Source: Nemertoderma westbladi (lineage: Eukaryota; Animalia; Xenacoelomorpha). From it: DNA of 35,358 nucleotides. This document shows positions 23,455-35,358 of this stretch, in pieces (the stretch's first letter is position 1; every line of letters starts with the position of its first letter). The notes beneath the pieces were generated by a model. It was not told the origin of the DNA. It searched no databases and saw only the letters and a program-made list of their open reading frames with translations. Made by a program: the position numbers and the translations under genes. The stretch is from contig JAUCBJ010001015.1 of assembly GCA_032718475.1 (NCBI GenBank), positions 1 to 35,358 of the forward strand. Reading direction: 5' to 3'.

Positions 23455-24954
23455 CTATAAACTGCTACCTTTATCAACGTGATATAAATAGTAAATTCAT
23501 TCATCATGAAATTATTATTTCGCGCGGAGGAATCTACATTTGGAGAGTTATTCATCATTTATTACGATGTAATATTTGACTCAACAAATATATTTATTAC
23601 TGGTTTGCTAGTTATAATAATTTTATATAAGTTTGTATTACATAATAAATATATACATATAATAATTATTTTATAATATTATATTATTTATTTATTTATA
23701 TATTTAATTTATTTCACTTTTCAAAATATACAAGCAAATTATTTTATAAATATTAGCAATCCGACTTTTATAACGTCTTCGCTTTAATAAATTGACATTT
23801 TGATATTATTTTTTAACCTCTTTTCGCTCCAATTTCAGATTATTGAATTGTCTACACTGCTTCTCTAAAGTATAATTACATTAATCATAAATCGAGTTCC
23901 ATAGCATATAGATATACTTGCTATTACAAGATATTGAAATGGAAAGATAATATTTTAGATGCAAAAGTTTCAATGTTAAAAATATATTTTAATCAGGCGT
24001 TGAACTTCTTAAAATTGAACCTTTATCTTGCATCGATCGCGCACAACAAAAACTACTTGAAAATGTTTTTGGTAGGAAGTGGAATACGTTACGATTGAAT
24101 TCGCCAGGATTCAAGTACAAGTTTCACCCATCTAAAATAGATGAACCAAAAAATCGTGGTCTAATACGAACATAGTTTCATTAGATTTGAGATTTCACCT
24201 ACAAACCTTCTACTTAATACTACTACTGTAATACTTTAAGATAACAATTAAATTTAGTAACAGTACTTAAGTAATTCATGTAATATTTAAATAAAATTAT
24301 ACATACATGTACTAGAGTATGTAGGGATACAACTAACAGTGTCTAACTTCTCTAATGGAAATGCGCACCGTAAAACGAAGAACAATTATTTAGCAGACAT
24401 AAATAAACATACATGTGCTAAAATGCAAACGTGCTTAGCTGAAATAAAATAGAGTCAGTGGTGTATTCAACCGAAGAGGGTCACCAGATAGCATCGTTTA
24501 CAATAAATTGTGTCCATCGCTGGTGCTACAACTGGCCCATGTGTCCATCGCAGATACTATAATTGGTCCATATACTTCCTCACATATTGTCGAAGAACTG
24601 GAATCATTAAATATTTAAATAAATATAATAAGAAAAATTTTTAATCATCAACAGATATATAGTTCAGTTAGTTAATAATAATTTGTAAACGATATAGACA
24701 TCTTGAGTTTACCACTAGAATGAACAGAAAGACGATAGTTTTGGTCCTCAGGTGTTCAGATTTATGGAAGAAATTCAGTAAAAGCAGATTATTTTTAATA
24801 AGTTTTTGCCATTAAATGAACTGAGATAAAATTAGCTGAGCTGAGATGGTGTATTCATAATGGTATAATAAATTAATTAATGGAGAAGTTAAAAATTACA
24901 TTGTGGCAATTGTATGTCTATAACTCTATTTTCTACCAAAACAAAATAAATACG

Positions 24955-25372
24955 ATCTGGGGATTCTTACTTCAACCATATAGTACAGGCCCCAGTCTAT
25001 GACCCCGTAGGAATTTTTAAATACTATCTGGGGATTCTTACTTCAACCATATAGTACAGGCCCCAGTCTATGACCCCGTAGGAATTTTTAAATACTATCT
25101 GGGGATTCTTACTTCAACCATATAGTACAGGCCCCAGTCTATGACCCCGTAGGAATTTTTAAATACTATCTGGGGATTCTTACTTCAACCATATAGTACA
25201 GGCCCCAGTCTATGACCCCGTAGGAATTTTTAAATACTATCTGGGGATTCTTACTTCAACCATATAGTACAGGCCCCAGTCTATGACCCCGTAGGAATTT
25301 TTAAATACTATCTGGGGTTTCTTACTTCAACCATATAGTACAGGCTCCAGTCTATGACCCCGTAGGAATTTT
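24955..25372. repeat. 71-bp tandem repeat, ~6 near-identical copies
   Basis: TCTGGGG starts at 24956, 25027, 25098, 25169, 25240 and 25311. Confidence 0.97.
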
Positions 25373-26721
25373 ATATATGACACGGCTACCCTTCATTGAT
25401 GTTTAGTGCAGACTTGGGACATTTAAAAAAATTTGGGTAGACTTCACCAAATGGTTGCGCTCGGTTTTTAGGGGGTCTTAAACATAGCAACGGAGAAAAT
25501 TGCCATAGCAACAGCTCTTATAGTAGATATGACGATTTAAAATTTATAGCAGATTAATATTTTGGATATGAAGAATTTAATGGCATATTTCGTTTTTTGA
25601 AAATACCATAGCAACCAGGCGAAAACGACCTTCAAAGATAGCAATATTGACAATGTCCATAGCAACGGGCTTTGTAATGCGTATTCAGTGGTCGTATCAT
25701 GATGGAATCAGAGTCTACCACCATTATATCACGTATAAGGAACAATATTCATTCTTTTTCAGTTTCTAGTTGCCATGGCAACAAGTAACCTTGATTAAAA
25801 GCAAGCTACATATTAGCCGCAGCGTTTTTAAATCAACCTCAACCCCCACTATATCGAGTATAAGGAAAAATATGCAATATGTTTTACTTTCTAGATGCCA
25901 TGGCAACGCGTCAGAATTGTTAATAAAGTGTCTTTAATATCTGTTAGCCGTTTACACTATGTAAATTAATCATAATTATAACATTCTTAACTATGGAATT
26001 AAATTGTGACAAGAATCTCAATTCCGACAGTATTCAGTGCACCTAACACCGTTACGCCTACAAGAACATCGCTGCGTCAATCAGTCTTTCTGACAGGCAC
26101 ATTTATTGGGCCTGTATTGGGTATTTATTGGGCAACAACATTCCATTTGCACAAGTATTCCAACCAAAATCTAATACACTTAGATTTATCACTGAGTCAT
26201 TGCATAATGATGCAATCTTATTTATTATGTAAAGACATCGCAAAATGTGACCATTTATAGATTCTGTTGTTGGAGGGAGATCCTATTACTACTACTAGGA
26301 TCGGCATGATGCATTGCAGCTGCATTTTTAAGAATGCTGTCTATGAATTATAGGTCATTGATCAATAAAACTTGCCACCTCCATGCAGCATAAAGGAGGT
26401 GCCACCTGTGGCTGTATAGACCCTCTTACTAGGGCAAATCTGGTCCTGTAACTAGGACCCCCTTCGTTCTGGGATAAGGACGCCCTTGGTCCTGGATTAA
26501 TATATATACTTGGCTGTAGGGGTATATGGTCTGGCCAGGCAGACCTGCCTCTACCAATGTTGCAAATGTTATCTACCAATGGCTGATCAGGAGTAGAGTG
26601 TTCTCATGTCCACTCGGAGTGCACTTCACTGCGACCTCCACCTGGCAGCAGGGGTACAGGGCATGGTCCAGCAGATGAGCTGCAAACCCAAAGGTGGGTC
26701 ATGTGCGCCAGGCTAGGTATG

Positions 26722-27668
26722 GTCCTCTGGCTGGTCCTCACAGCGAAAGCAATGTCCTGCAAAGCGGAGGCGACTTTGTTCCAGTGTCAAGCTTGGGGGA
26801 ACCAATGAGACACCTCCAATGTTATATAGTGTATGGTTGGAGATGTGTGCATTGTACTTGACACAATGAACCCGGCGTAGCAATCTTGTGAATGTGCCAT
26901 CCAGAGATTTGGTGTCCTCAGCAGTTAGAGCCCAGCATGGACTCCCATAGAGGAGTACTGGAACTACTGCTGCTCTAAATAATCGGACCTTAAGTTTCCG
27001 ATTAATTCTCTGTGACTTCCAAATCCTGGAAAGCCTATTCAATGCTGCCCATGCCTTTCCCTTACGTATTCGAAGGTCCTACCTGACTTCCGGATCCATC
27101 CTTTGAGCTTATGCTCATCCGGTCAGAGACTTGTTGAGGACTTTCAAAGTTAACTGTCAAAATTTTGGTCTTTTTGGAGTTAATAAAAAGACCAACACTA
27201 GAAACAGCCTATTCTAATGAGCTGAGGAGCCGTTGGGCTCCCTCTAGTGGTTCTGAGAGTACTCCTAAGTCATCAGCAAAGTCTAGATCAGTTAGATACT
27301 TGGCAGGATTTCCTCGACTTCTGGAGCCAGTAGGTGGAGTTACCATCACCCCGTCATCATTATGATGATCTAAGGACATGCGTAGAACATAGTCAACCAC
27401 AATTATGAACAAGAATGGCGCAAGTGTGTCTCCTTGGAGGACTCCCCATAATACTTCAAATTGTTCTGTGTCACCGTCAACAGTAGACACAAATGTTGTC
27501 GAACCATCGTATACTGATCTGATTGCTGCAATAATTTCATCAGGAATCCCATATAATGAAAGTATGCTGAACATACGTGAGCGAGAGACTGAATCAAAGC
27601 CCTTGAAGAAGTCAACAAAGATAACCGCCAGATGCCTGTCTTTCTTTTTTGATAACTCTTCAATGCAA
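26722..27668 (-). pseudogene. RTE-clade reverse transcriptase fragment (frameshifted, with a stop)
   Basis: AVIFVDFFKGFDSVSR, GVLQGDTLAPFLFIIVVDYVLR, DLDFADD, RLRFAGHCFR; same family as 9241-10124. Confidence 0.92.
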
Positions 27669-27669
27669 T

Positions 27670-28218
27670 CCATAGTGGGGGTTACCGAGTCAGCCCTCGG
27701 GGCAAATACCACACACTGGTTTGCCATTCCACAGGGTGGGTGTCGCAGTGGAGTCAGATATGAGGCCCATCACCCATACCTACTCTGGCGCACATGACCC
27801 ACCATTGGCTTTGCAGCTCATCTGCTGGGCCATGCCCTGTACCCCTGCTGGCAGGTGCATGTCGCAGTGAAGTGCACTCAGAGTGGACATGAGAACACTC
27901 TACTCTTGATCAGCCATTGGTAGATCACATTTGTAACATTGGTAGAGGCAGGTCTGCCTGGCCAGGCCATATACCCCTGCAGCCAAGTATATGGGTCCTT
28001 AATCCAGGACCAAGGGCGTCCTTATCCCAGAACGAAGGGGGGGTCCTAGTTACAGGACCAGATTTGCCCTAGTAAGAGGGTCTATGCAGCCACAGGTGGC
28101 ACCTCCTTTATGCTGCATGGAGGTGGCAAGTTTTCTTGATCATTGACCTAGAATTAATAGACAGCATTCTTAAAAATGCAGCTGCAATGCAGCATGCCGA
28201 TCCTAGTAGTAGTAGTAG
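27670..28218 (+). mobile_element. Non-coding retroelement: ~490-nt GC-rich hairpin-rich body fused to the RTE 3' tail and (TAG)n; mirror copy at ~26284-26721 (-)
   Basis: Ends in ACAGCATTCTTAAAAATGCAGCTGCAATGCAGCATGCCGATCC(TAG)n, the same tail as the RTE copies, but the upstream body is not the RT-coding sequence found in those copies. Confidence 0.6.
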
Positions 28219-29924
28219 GATCTCCCTCCAACAACAGAATCTATAAATGGTCACTTTTTGCAATGTCTCTGTACATAATAAATAAGATTGCATCATTATG
28301 CAATGACTCAGTGATAAATCTAAGTGTATTAGATTTTGGTTGGAATACTGGTGCAAATGGAATGTTGTTGCCCAATAAATACCTTTCACCAATTCCTGAG
28401 TCATATCTACTATAAGAGCTGTTGCTATGGTAATTTTCTCCGTTGCTATGTTTAAGACCCCATAAAAAACGAGCGCAACTATTTGGTGAAGTCTACCCAA
28501 ATTTTTTTAAATGTCCCAAGTCTGCACTAAACATCCATGTAGGGTAGCCGTGTCATATATAAAATTCCTACGGGGCCATAGGCTGGAGCCTGTACTAATA
28601 GGATAATAGCCAAAGCCAAGGCCATCGAGGATAATTAGAAATTTCAGATACCTTGGCAACCATGTTAAACACAATGTTCAAATGTATAAAATTATAATTT
28701 GACGCAGAAGGTAAAGGTGTACTGATTTGATCATATGGATGGATATTCTTAAGTTTCCATGACAACTGCACACAATGAAACTTCATGGAAGGGGATGTGC
28801 CATCTAAACCTAAAAAAACTCAAAAAGTTCCAAAAACTCCGGTTGCCTTGGTTAATGTTGAATGAGGCAACACACTAAAGAGTTGAAGTTTTCTTTTTCC
28901 TTATTTTCGTCCTTACAACTACTACCTTAACCTAAACTACAATTAATCGTTTATTTTACGACGTGCAATATTTTTTTTTTGTTTACGACGTGCAATATAG
29001 AACACTTAAGAAAGATTAATTAAAATGATTAATTTGTTAATATTTGTTAAATAACTATATTTAAATTGTCACCTTGCTCGTTAACCCATCTTTGGAACAC
29101 TTCATGTGCATTATCTTTATTTTCTCTTTTAGTATCTTTTGACTCTTTATCTTTCTTGGAGATGAGGTTGTTTAGACTTCTGGCTGACGGACACCAGTAA
29201 CCAGGGGCCAGACCGCATTCCTTTAATTGTCCCGACTTTCTCGCAGAGTAACACGATGGTGTTACTGATAATAGCACCAGTGACGTCATCAGAACTAAAC
29301 CAATGAAAATATATTATTAAATTTATTACATGATTGGTTATATATGTGCGATATGGAATATTAATGTTAGTTTTTATTGAAAATTTGAAAACTTTATTAG
29401 GAAGGAGTTAAATTATTAAACAGAGAGGCATTTTTTTAAAGAATAAAAACAACATTTAATTATTTAAATTGGTGGTGTCGACAAATTCACAACAATGCTG
29501 TACAGTAGCACTACTATATATTTAATATCATGCAATCTTGTGATACGATAATTGGCGCAAACTAATACCGTATGTGATGTGATCTAAGATTAGATTTACA
29601 TACAGTCTGGCAGTGTTGTCATACCGGTTCATATATATGTATATATAAGTACATACTGCAATTCCAATTATTGCCTGAATGTCAGTTTTCATTATACATA
29701 GTAATAGTAATTTCAATAGGTCTCCCTAAATGGAAATTGTTATTAAATAGCTATTAAATAGCGGTTTTCAGATTTGGAAACATTATATAAGAAACAGAAG
29801 GATAATAATATAGAACACACTCAAATTATTATAAATTATTGAATACATATCCCAATGATTAAACTTTTCATTTAATTATATGGAATTGACCTCTTAAAAT
29901 ATTTCGAAAAAATATTCAATTTTT

Positions 29925-32246
29925 CAACACAAATGACCCATCAGTACAGGAAAGAACAACACAAATGGACCGACCCATCACTACAGGAAAGAACACCACA
30001 ATTGGACCACCCATCACTACAGGAAAGAACAACACAATTGGACCACCCATCACTACAGGAAAGAACAACACAATTGGACCACCCATCACTACAGGAAAGA
30101 ACAACACAATTGGACCACCCATCACTACAGGAAAGAACAACACAAATGGACCGACCCCATCACTACAGGAAAGAACAACATAATTGGACCACCCATCAGT
30201 ACAGGAAAGAACAACACAATTGGACCACCCATCACTACAGGAAAGAACAACACAATTGGACCACCCATCACTACAGGAAAGAACAACACAATTGGACCAC
30301 CCATCAGTACAGGAAAGAACAACACAATTGGACCACCCATCAGTACAGGAAAGAACAACACAATTGGACCACCCATCACTACAGGAAAGAACAACACAAT
30401 TGGACCACCCATCACTACAGGAAAGAACAACACAATTGGACCACCCATCAGTACAGGAAAGAACAACACAAATGGACCGACCCATCACTACAGGAAAGAA
30501 CAACGCAATTGGACCACCCATCAGTACAGGAAAGAACAACACAATTGGACCACCCATCAGTACAGGAAAGAACAACACAATTGGACCACCCATCAGTACA
30601 GGAAAGAACAACACAAATGGACCGACCCATCACTACAGGAAAGAACAACGCAATTGGACCACCCATCACTACAGGAAAGAACAACGTAATTGGACCACCC
30701 ATCAGTACAGGAAAGAACAACACAAATGGACCGACCCCATCACTACAGGAAAGAACAACACAAATGGACCGACCCCATCACTACAGGAAAGAACAACATA
30801 ATTGGACCACCCATAAGTACAGGAAAGAACAACATAATTGGACCACCCATCAGTACAGGAAAGAACAACACAATTGGACCACCCATCAGTACAGGAAAGA
30901 ACAACACAAATGGACCGACCCATCACTACAGGAAAGAACAACGCAATTGGACCACCCATCAGTACAGGAAAGAACAACACAAATGGACCGACCCATCACT
31001 ACAGGAAAGAACAACGCAATTGGACCACCCATCACTACAGGAAAGAACAACGCAATTGGACCACCCATCAGTACAGGAAAGAACAACACAAATGGACCGA
31101 CCCATCACTACAGGAAAGAACAACACAATTGGACCACCCATCAGTACAGGAAAGAACAACACAAATGGACCGACCCATCACTACAGGAAAGAACAACGCA
31201 ATTGGACCACCCATCAGTACAGGAAAGAACAACACAATTGGACCACCCATCAGTACAGGAAAGAACAACACAATTGGACCACCCATCAGTACAGGAAAGA
31301 ACAACACAATTGGACCACCCATCACTACAGGAAAGAACAACACAAATGGACCGACCACATCACTACAGGAAAGAACAACATAATTGGACCACCCATCAGT
31401 ACAGGAAAGAACAACACAAATGGACCGACCCATCACTACAGGAAAGAACAACGCAATTGGACCACCCATCAGTACAGGAAAGAACAACACAAATGGACCG
31501 ACCCATCACTACAGGAAAGAACAACGCAATTGGACCACCCATCACTACAGGAAAGAACAACGCAATTGGACCACCCATCAGTACAGGAAAGAACAACACA
31601 AATGGACCGACCCATCACTACAGGAAAGAACAACACAATTGGACCACCCATCAGTACAGGAAAGAACAACACAAATGGACCGACCCATCACTACAGGAAA
31701 GAACAACGCAATTGGACCACCCATCAGTACAGGAAAGAACAACACAATTGGACCACCCATCAGTACAGGAAAGAACAACGCAATTGGACCACCCATCAGT
31801 ACAGGAAAGAACAACACAATTGGACCACCCATCAGTACAGGAAAGAACAACACAATTGGACCACCCATCACTACAGGAAAGAACAACACAAATGGACCGA
31901 CCCCATCACTACAGGAAAGAACAACATAATTGGACCACCCATAAGTACAGGAAAGAACAAAATAATTGGACCACCCATCAGTACAGGAAAGAACAACACA
32001 ATTGGACCACCCATCAGTACAGGAAAGAACAACACAAATGGACCGACCCATCACTACAGGAAACAACAACGCAATTGGACCACCCATCAGTACAGGAAAG
32101 AACAACACAATTGGACCACCCATCACTACAGGAAAGAACAACACAATTGGACCACCCATCACTACAGGAAAGAACAACATAATTGGACCACCCATCAGTA
32201 CAGGAAAGAACAACGCAAACGGACCGACCCATCACTACAGGAAAGA
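29925..32246. repeat. 36/37/38-bp minisatellite, ~64 copies, consensus CCCATCA(C/G)TACAGGAAAGAACAACACAATTGGACCA
   Basis: Directly visible. Length variants are ...AATTGGACCA, ...AAATGGACCGA and ...AAATGGACCGAC. Blocks repeat at 510 and 546 bp. Confidence 0.98.
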
Positions 32247-32319
32247 TTTAGCGGAAAAATTAGGAAACTTTTTTGCGACTCCAGATAATATTTTCATTCA
32301 TTTATTTTAACAGTCATCT

Positions 32320-32983
32320 AAGAATGGAGTTTCTGTCCTATTTTTGCGAAATTTATTGTGGATTTATAGTCAGCAGACGTGTCGTGTGTTATGGAATAAA
32401 AGTACTTCTAATTATTTTAAGTGTTACAAACGGTGTGAGGCAGTAGTGTGGCCTCTCCAATATTGTTCTGTATAGTATTAATCTGTATTAATCTAAATTG
32501 CGTAACTCTAAAGTCGGCTGCAAAATTGGTAAATTTTATTTTGGTTTACTTGTTTATGCGGATGACTTATTACTGCTGTGCCCGTCTCTTACCGGACTTC
32601 AATATATGATTAATTTATGTAGCAATTTTGCACGGGAGAATAACCTTTCATTCAGCACGAGTACGAATCCTGACAAATCAAAATGTATTACTTTTGGTTT
32701 ATCTTGGCCGCCTCCGGGTATTCCAATGAAACTCAATAATGGCAACAGTCTTAATTGGGTCAAAGAGGCTCAACATTTGGGAAATTTTTTAGATTATAAA
32801 TGTAGTTTTGATTCAGATATTATTAAACAACGTGGTGCTTTTATAAGTATACTCAATTGCCTACGGCATGAATTATATTTGCTTCTCCCAATAATACTGT
32901 GTTTAATATTCAACGTATATACGCGATATCTTTATATATGGAAGTATCAATGGCAGCAATCTTCCTTGGGTGAAAGTGGCTAA
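32320..32983 (+). pseudogene. Degenerate non-LTR retrotransposon RT fragment (L2/CR1 group-like)
   Basis: Frameshifted LLWIYSQQTCRVLWN..S..F / VTNGVRQ / SPILFCI, then VGCKIGKFYFGLLVYADDLLLLCPSLTGLQYMINLC...NPDKSKCITF...HLGN. Confidence 0.85.
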
Positions 32984-33399
32984 AGAGAAAGATGTTTAGT
33001 CTTTGTGCTGATATTTGACAAATAAAAAGTAGTAACATTGACCTTCAGGGATTTCATAGATTTTCTTGAAGATATACTTAACTGAATATATACTGAAGAT
33101 ATACTTAACTGATTTTTTGTTTGTACGTAGGTATCACTTGTCTGGAAAAAAATTTTCGAAAAAATGTACTGGGGTGGTTATATTGCAGCACCAAAATTAC
33201 AAGTAGTGCACAATTTTCACAAAATTTGAAAGTTACATTTTCGGCTAATTATTTTTCAATACAGGTTTTCTGGGGTGCAAAATACATTGGAAAATATCTA
33301 AAAATGATATGATTACAATAAATGGCTGTTTAGTCCTCTCTGCGTAAGAAAAAAATGAAAAAAACAAGTAACCAGCACTTTTCAGTTAGAACACAAAAT

Positions 33400-34571
33400 T
33401 TTTAATTCACTTATACGATACTATCAATTCACATTTTCAGGTTTTCGAGGGCGCTGATTCTAATGGAATACATTTCTAATATGCCAGATCATTGCTACTT
33501 GTATTTTTCGGCAAAATTTGGCAAATTTTGGTGCTAGCACCAAATTTCGTACCCATCACCAAAAAGTACAAGTTTGCGATGTCCAGTGCTGTTTTTATTG
33601 ATTCCATCGGATTCAGGACCCTCATAAACCCGTATAACGCAAGAAACAAGGTGATACTATCTACTTATCAATTTGCATATTTTCCAAAATTTGGTGCTGG
33701 CACAACAATTTTCACCCACCGGCGAAAAATACAAGTTTGAGAACTCTTATGAAATTTTTACTGATTCCATTGAATTCAGAACCATCACAAACCCGTATAA
33801 CGCAAGAAACAAGGTGACACAATCAATTGATATATTTGATGGTTTTCAAAATTTGGTGCTAGCACCACATTTTGCACCCACATCAGAAAAATACAAGTTT
33901 GAGAAGTCTAGTTCGATAATTATATTTTCCACTGAATTCAGAACAGCCATAAACCTCTAAAACGCAAGAAATAAATTGTCACAAGCAATTTTATCTATTG
34001 AATGGATTTTCAAAATTTTGTGCTAGCACCAAAATTTGCATACAGCACCGAAAAATACAAGTTTGATACGCTTGGTGCAACTCGTATATATTTCATCGAA
34101 TCCAGAACCCCAAAAAACCCCAATTGCGTAAAAAACAAGTTTCAAACAATCAATTTACAAAATTGACTTATTTCAAAATTTGGTGCTGGCACCAAAATTT
34201 GGCACCCATCGAAAAAAACAAGTTTGAAATTTCTAAATCAATTTATATGAATTCCATCCAATTTTTAACACCAAAAAACCGGTGTAAATCAAAAATAGAG
34301 ATGTTACAATTCGTATTTAATGAAATGTAATTTTCAAAAAACGTCTCAAAAAAGTGCCAAAAGTAGGGTTAAAAAATGGTGCTATAACTCGAAAAGTACC
34401 CAATATTTTTGAAAACGGTTTTCACTACCATAAAGACAATAGATTTTTAGGAAAAGTCATAAAATTTCAGATTCCCAACTGCTTTTGTTTCAGAATTATA
34501 ATAAAAATACCACGGGGGGGGGGGGGGGGGGTCATATTGACCCCCCCCCCCTCCGGGTTTAATAGGGTTAA
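33400..34571. mobile_element. piggyBac-like non-autonomous element (right end) with ~163-bp internal tandem repeats
   Basis: Ends G(n)TCATATTGAC(n)TCCGGGTTTAATAGGG|TTAA (TTAA at 34568-34571). Five diverged units are marked by the palindrome TTGGTGCT(A/G)GCACCAA at ~33530, 33693, 33855, 34020 and 34182. Left end not identified. Confidence 0.65.
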
Positions 34572-35358
34572 GTGTGGCCTTTACCTTTAGGAAACAGCTT
34601 CCATTTTTCCAGCCTTACTGATTCATTGTTGCCTTTTATACGCTAAATACACAATGCCAAGGTGTCTTAGATATTTCTTAACCAATATTTTTTGAAATTT
34701 AAATTACCCGCCAATTTTATTGACAAATTTGGTAAATTGATTCAAAATGCTAAGGATCGTGACCAAGTACTTGAAATGTTACGAGATTTGGTAGGGGGCA
34801 TCTAATGGGGGTGATACGCAAAAGTTATAGAGGATTTTATGCACCGGTATTTCGTTTTATAACCAAAAAATTCAAAAATAAAAAAAAATTTACATTTTTC
34901 GGTTTTGGGCGCCAAAATGTCACTTCTATATAACTTTTCAAAATTTTGTCTATAACTTTGTATCAGTCACGTCTTTTGAACATTGTGTTAAAATTTCAAC
35001 TTTCAAAATTTCAATTTGTTTTCATCGAGTTTATTTGTTGGTTTTTTCCTACAGTAGTGCTGTACTACTACTACAACATGTTGAGAGGTAATTACGACAA
35101 TAATAATAATAATAACAGTACCAGTAAAATGTTATTGGTGGGAGGGAAACTATGAACTACCGAAAACGTTTTTAATTTACCTTAGATGTCATTAACCCCT
35201 ACTGTACGAAAACATAATTAATATTCTGTATAGCGACTCAGGAAAACTTAGGGTACACGTAGTCAGAGATAAAAAAATCTAAAACATATTTGGATTGACT
35301 CCTCAAAGTGTACTCTTCTAGAAATCAGTGACAGGAGTAGTTTGTTAACACGGTACAG

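Larger units (their letters stand above)
25336..28597. mobile_element. Foldback non-autonomous DNA transposon with long TIRs (Academ-like termini TAG...CTA, 3-bp ATA TSD) containing captured retroelement sequence
   Basis: 25336-25533 mirrors 28400-28597 and ~26120-26721 mirrors 27774-28383. ATA flanks both ends (25333-25335, 28598-28600). The superfamily is inferred only from terminus, TSD and TIR length. Confidence 0.65.

Noticed and set aside
23997-24175. Possible + strand exon after TTTTAATCAG (VELLKIEPLSCIDRAQQKLLENVFG...)
   Set aside because: No recognisable homology and no supporting neighbouring exons.
24955-25372. 71-bp repeats as a CRISPR-like array
   Set aside because: The units are identical head to tail with no variable spacers, and are explained by amplification of a transposon junction.
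29916-32310. 749-aa and 532-aa ORFs as mucin-like proteins
   Set aside because: Frame-shifting 37/38-bp units are freely interspersed, there is no signal peptide or unique domain, and the ORFs coincide with the array limits.

Overview
AT-rich, repeat-dominated eukaryotic genomic DNA, most likely an invertebrate animal. Only one clear host gene is present: an intronless UBIAD1/MenA-family prenyltransferase (12380-13279, minus strand). The first ~5.5 kb looks like the 5' end of an LTR retroelement on the minus strand: a ~970-bp putative LTR, a ~2.5-kb leader with a duplicated structured module, and an uninterrupted ORF of at least 683 codons that runs off the window and is absent from the supplied ORF track. 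The rest is nested transposon debris (RTE-clade and L2-like LINE fragments, Harbinger-, piggyBac- and Academ-like non-autonomous elements, an LTR plus tRNA-Leu PBS remnant) and two large satellites with higher-order structure (45-bp unit, ~6.8 kb; 36-38-bp unit, ~2.3 kb). These satellites generate most of the spurious ORFs. The most unusual structure is a 3.26-kb TAG...CTA foldback element with an ATA target-site duplication. Both of its arms carry the same RTE-tailed non-coding retroelement around a captured reverse-transcriptase fragment, and its left junction has been amplified into a 71-bp tandem array. All calls are from reading the sequence by eye; no searches were run, so superfamily assignments are tentative.
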